A stretch of 64,000 nt of DNA from Malacoraja senta (Eukaryota): contig CM075992.1 of NCBI GenBank assembly GCA_038087875.1, positions 11,038,001 to 11,102,000 of the forward strand, written 5' to 3'. A program made the position numbers and the translations under genes. Under the pieces are notes generated by a model. The model saw only the letters and a program-made list of their open reading frames with translations, had not been told where the DNA came from and searched no databases. Within the stretch, counting starts at the first letter, position 1. Each line of letters starts with the position of its first letter. Below are positions 62,249-64,000 of this stretch, piece by piece.

Positions 62249-62407
62249 CCCACTGATAAAAGACCAAAGTGTGTCTTCTGGAACAGCGCAGCCTTCAGCT
62301 GGTGCACTCAAGGCTGCCAATTGGTCGAGTTCAACCCAACACACACAGTGTGCAACTGTACGCACCTGACAAGCTTTGCGGTGCTCATGGCCCTGGTTGA
62401 AATAGAG
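62249..62407 (+). CDS. Adhesion GPCR exon with GPS motif and Stachel
   Basis: Acceptor ttttttctctctcaccag|, donor GAG|gtacag; 159 nt, phase 0-0; PTDKRPKCVFWNSAAFSWCTQGCQLVEFNPTHTVCNCTHLTSFAVLMALVEIE matches the GPS consensus C-x-F-W...W-x-x-x-G-C...C-x-C-x-H-L-T-S-F-A-V-L-M. This frame is not in the ORF track. Confidence 0.95.
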
Positions 62408-62789
62408 GTACAGTCCGCACGGGCCAGGGTTGTGAGTGGGAGGTGTCTAAAATCATGGGGGCTATAGTTAAGGTGAATAGCTACAGACCGTTCCCCAGGG
62501 TAGGGGAGTCTAATCCTAAAGGGACAGACTTAAGGGGGGAGGGGATAGATTGAAATGAGACACGAAGGTAGATGGTGTACTTATGGAACAGGCTGCCAGA
62601 GAAAGTGGTAGAGGAAGGTACAAGTATACTACTTAAGAGACACATACAGGTACTTGGATAGGAGAGGTTTGGAGGAATATGGGCAAACACAGGCAAATGG
62701 GACTAGCTCAGTTAGGCATGGTCAGCATTGACGAGTTGAGCCGGAGTTTCTGTTTCCTTTCTCTATGGCTCCATGAACCTTTGTGATAG

Positions 62790-64000
62790 AGTGATAGAGC
62801 TACACAGTATGGAAACTGGCTGTTCAGCCTACATTGTCCATGCCAACCAGCTTGGTATTTGGGGTTAGTTCCATTTCCTTAAATATGGCCCACAGCACTC
62901 CTAAACCCTTCCTATCCTTATATCTGTCCAAAACCCTTTTGGAAGTCCTAAGTAATTGTGTCCACTTCTATTGCTTTCTCTGGCAGCTCGTTGCAGATAC
63001 TGGCTCCCACTTGAGTGAAAAAGCTGCCTCAGAGGATCCTCTTAAACCTCGCCCCTCTTAACTTAAGCCTATGCCCTCTAGTTTTACTATCTTGGGAGAA
63101 AGACTGAGCCACTAAGGTCACCCCTCAGCCTCTGACACTCCAAAGAAAAAAGTCCCAGCCTCTCCCTATATCTCAAGCCAACAAGTCCAGGCAACATCCT
63201 GGAGAATCTCTTCTGTGTCCTTTCCAACATAGTGACATCCTTCTGGTAGCTGGCAACCAGAACTGCATAGAGTATTCCATTTGTGATCTCACCATTGACA
63301 CGTACAGGTGTATCATGATAAACCAACCATTGTACTGAATACCCTTCCCAATGAAGGCAAGCGCGCCAAATATTTTCTTCACTACCCCGTCGACCTGAAC
63401 CATTACTCTCAAGGAACCATTCACCGAGATGTTCTTTTACCTTCAAAATAGTTATGGATAAAGATGGGTGAGGGAGTGGTCACAAGCCTTGCCCTTCACC
63501 CTAACAGGAACATGCTGCCCCTGTGCTCTTGCTATCTCACATTTGGAAGCCTCCCACTTGCCAGTTCTCCTTACCAGCAAACAGATTCTCCCCATTGACC
63601 TCTGCAAGTTATCACCTCATGGCTCTGAAATGACCTTGCCCCAATTTAGGACCTTAACTTTGAAGTAGTCCTACATAACTACTTTAAAACTAATAGAAGT
63701 ATGGTCCTAAATTCTCCCCTCCATCCCCACCACTACTGAAACTTGTTCCCTAAAAGGAAGTCCAGTGTTTTGCCCTCTCCATAGGCCCCATGCAGGGCTT
63801 TCTTTGACAGATTTAACCAATTCAATCCTGTCCAGACCCTTGACACCATGGGAACCCAGTCAATTAAGGAAGTTGGAATCTCCCACTAATACAATCCAAT
63901 TCTTTTTACAGCCATCTGCAATCTCCTGACACATCTCCACTAATTCCCATTGACTATCGGAGGCCTATAATACTGTTCCATCAAAGTGATCATTCCCTTC
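62790..64000 (-). mobile_element. Degraded CR1 fragments (3' end and APE region)
   Basis: LERTQKRFSRMLPGL; GDSNF..INW-type APE remnants near the window end. Confidence 0.65.

Overview
Eukaryotic, repeat-dense vertebrate DNA. The repeat content (tRNA-derived V-SINE/HE1-like SINEs, CR1/HER1-like LINEs, Penelope-like elements) suggests a cartilaginous fish such as a skate or ray; this is an inference. The only host gene I can support is a + strand, multi-exon adhesion GPCR of EGF-TM7 (ADGRE/CD97/EMR-like) architecture, which the ORF track mostly misses. Nine exons splice into one continuous frame with matching phases (1226 nt): an N-terminal Cys-containing exon, three 153-nt calcium-binding EGF exons, four stalk/GAIN exons and a GPS exon with an intact HL|T cleavage site and TSFAVLM Stachel. 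The start exon and 7TM exons were not found in the window. The EGF exons lie in a head-to-tail array of four units of about 6 kb (1.65 kb exon flank plus a 4.3 kb antisense CR1). The fourth exon copy is destroyed, and the surviving copies differ mostly by amino-acid-changing substitutions. Introns hold a complete-ended DIRS1 tyrosine-recombinase retrotransposon, an IR/DR-type Tc1, two copies of a ~1 kb non-autonomous DNA transposon with 7-bp TSDs, L2, Rex1/Babar and Penelope fragments, and a GC-rich non-coding retroposon family with a covarying hairpin and interchangeable LINE-like tails. I see no prokaryotic-type system (CRISPR, operon). Coordinates of degraded repeats are approximate.
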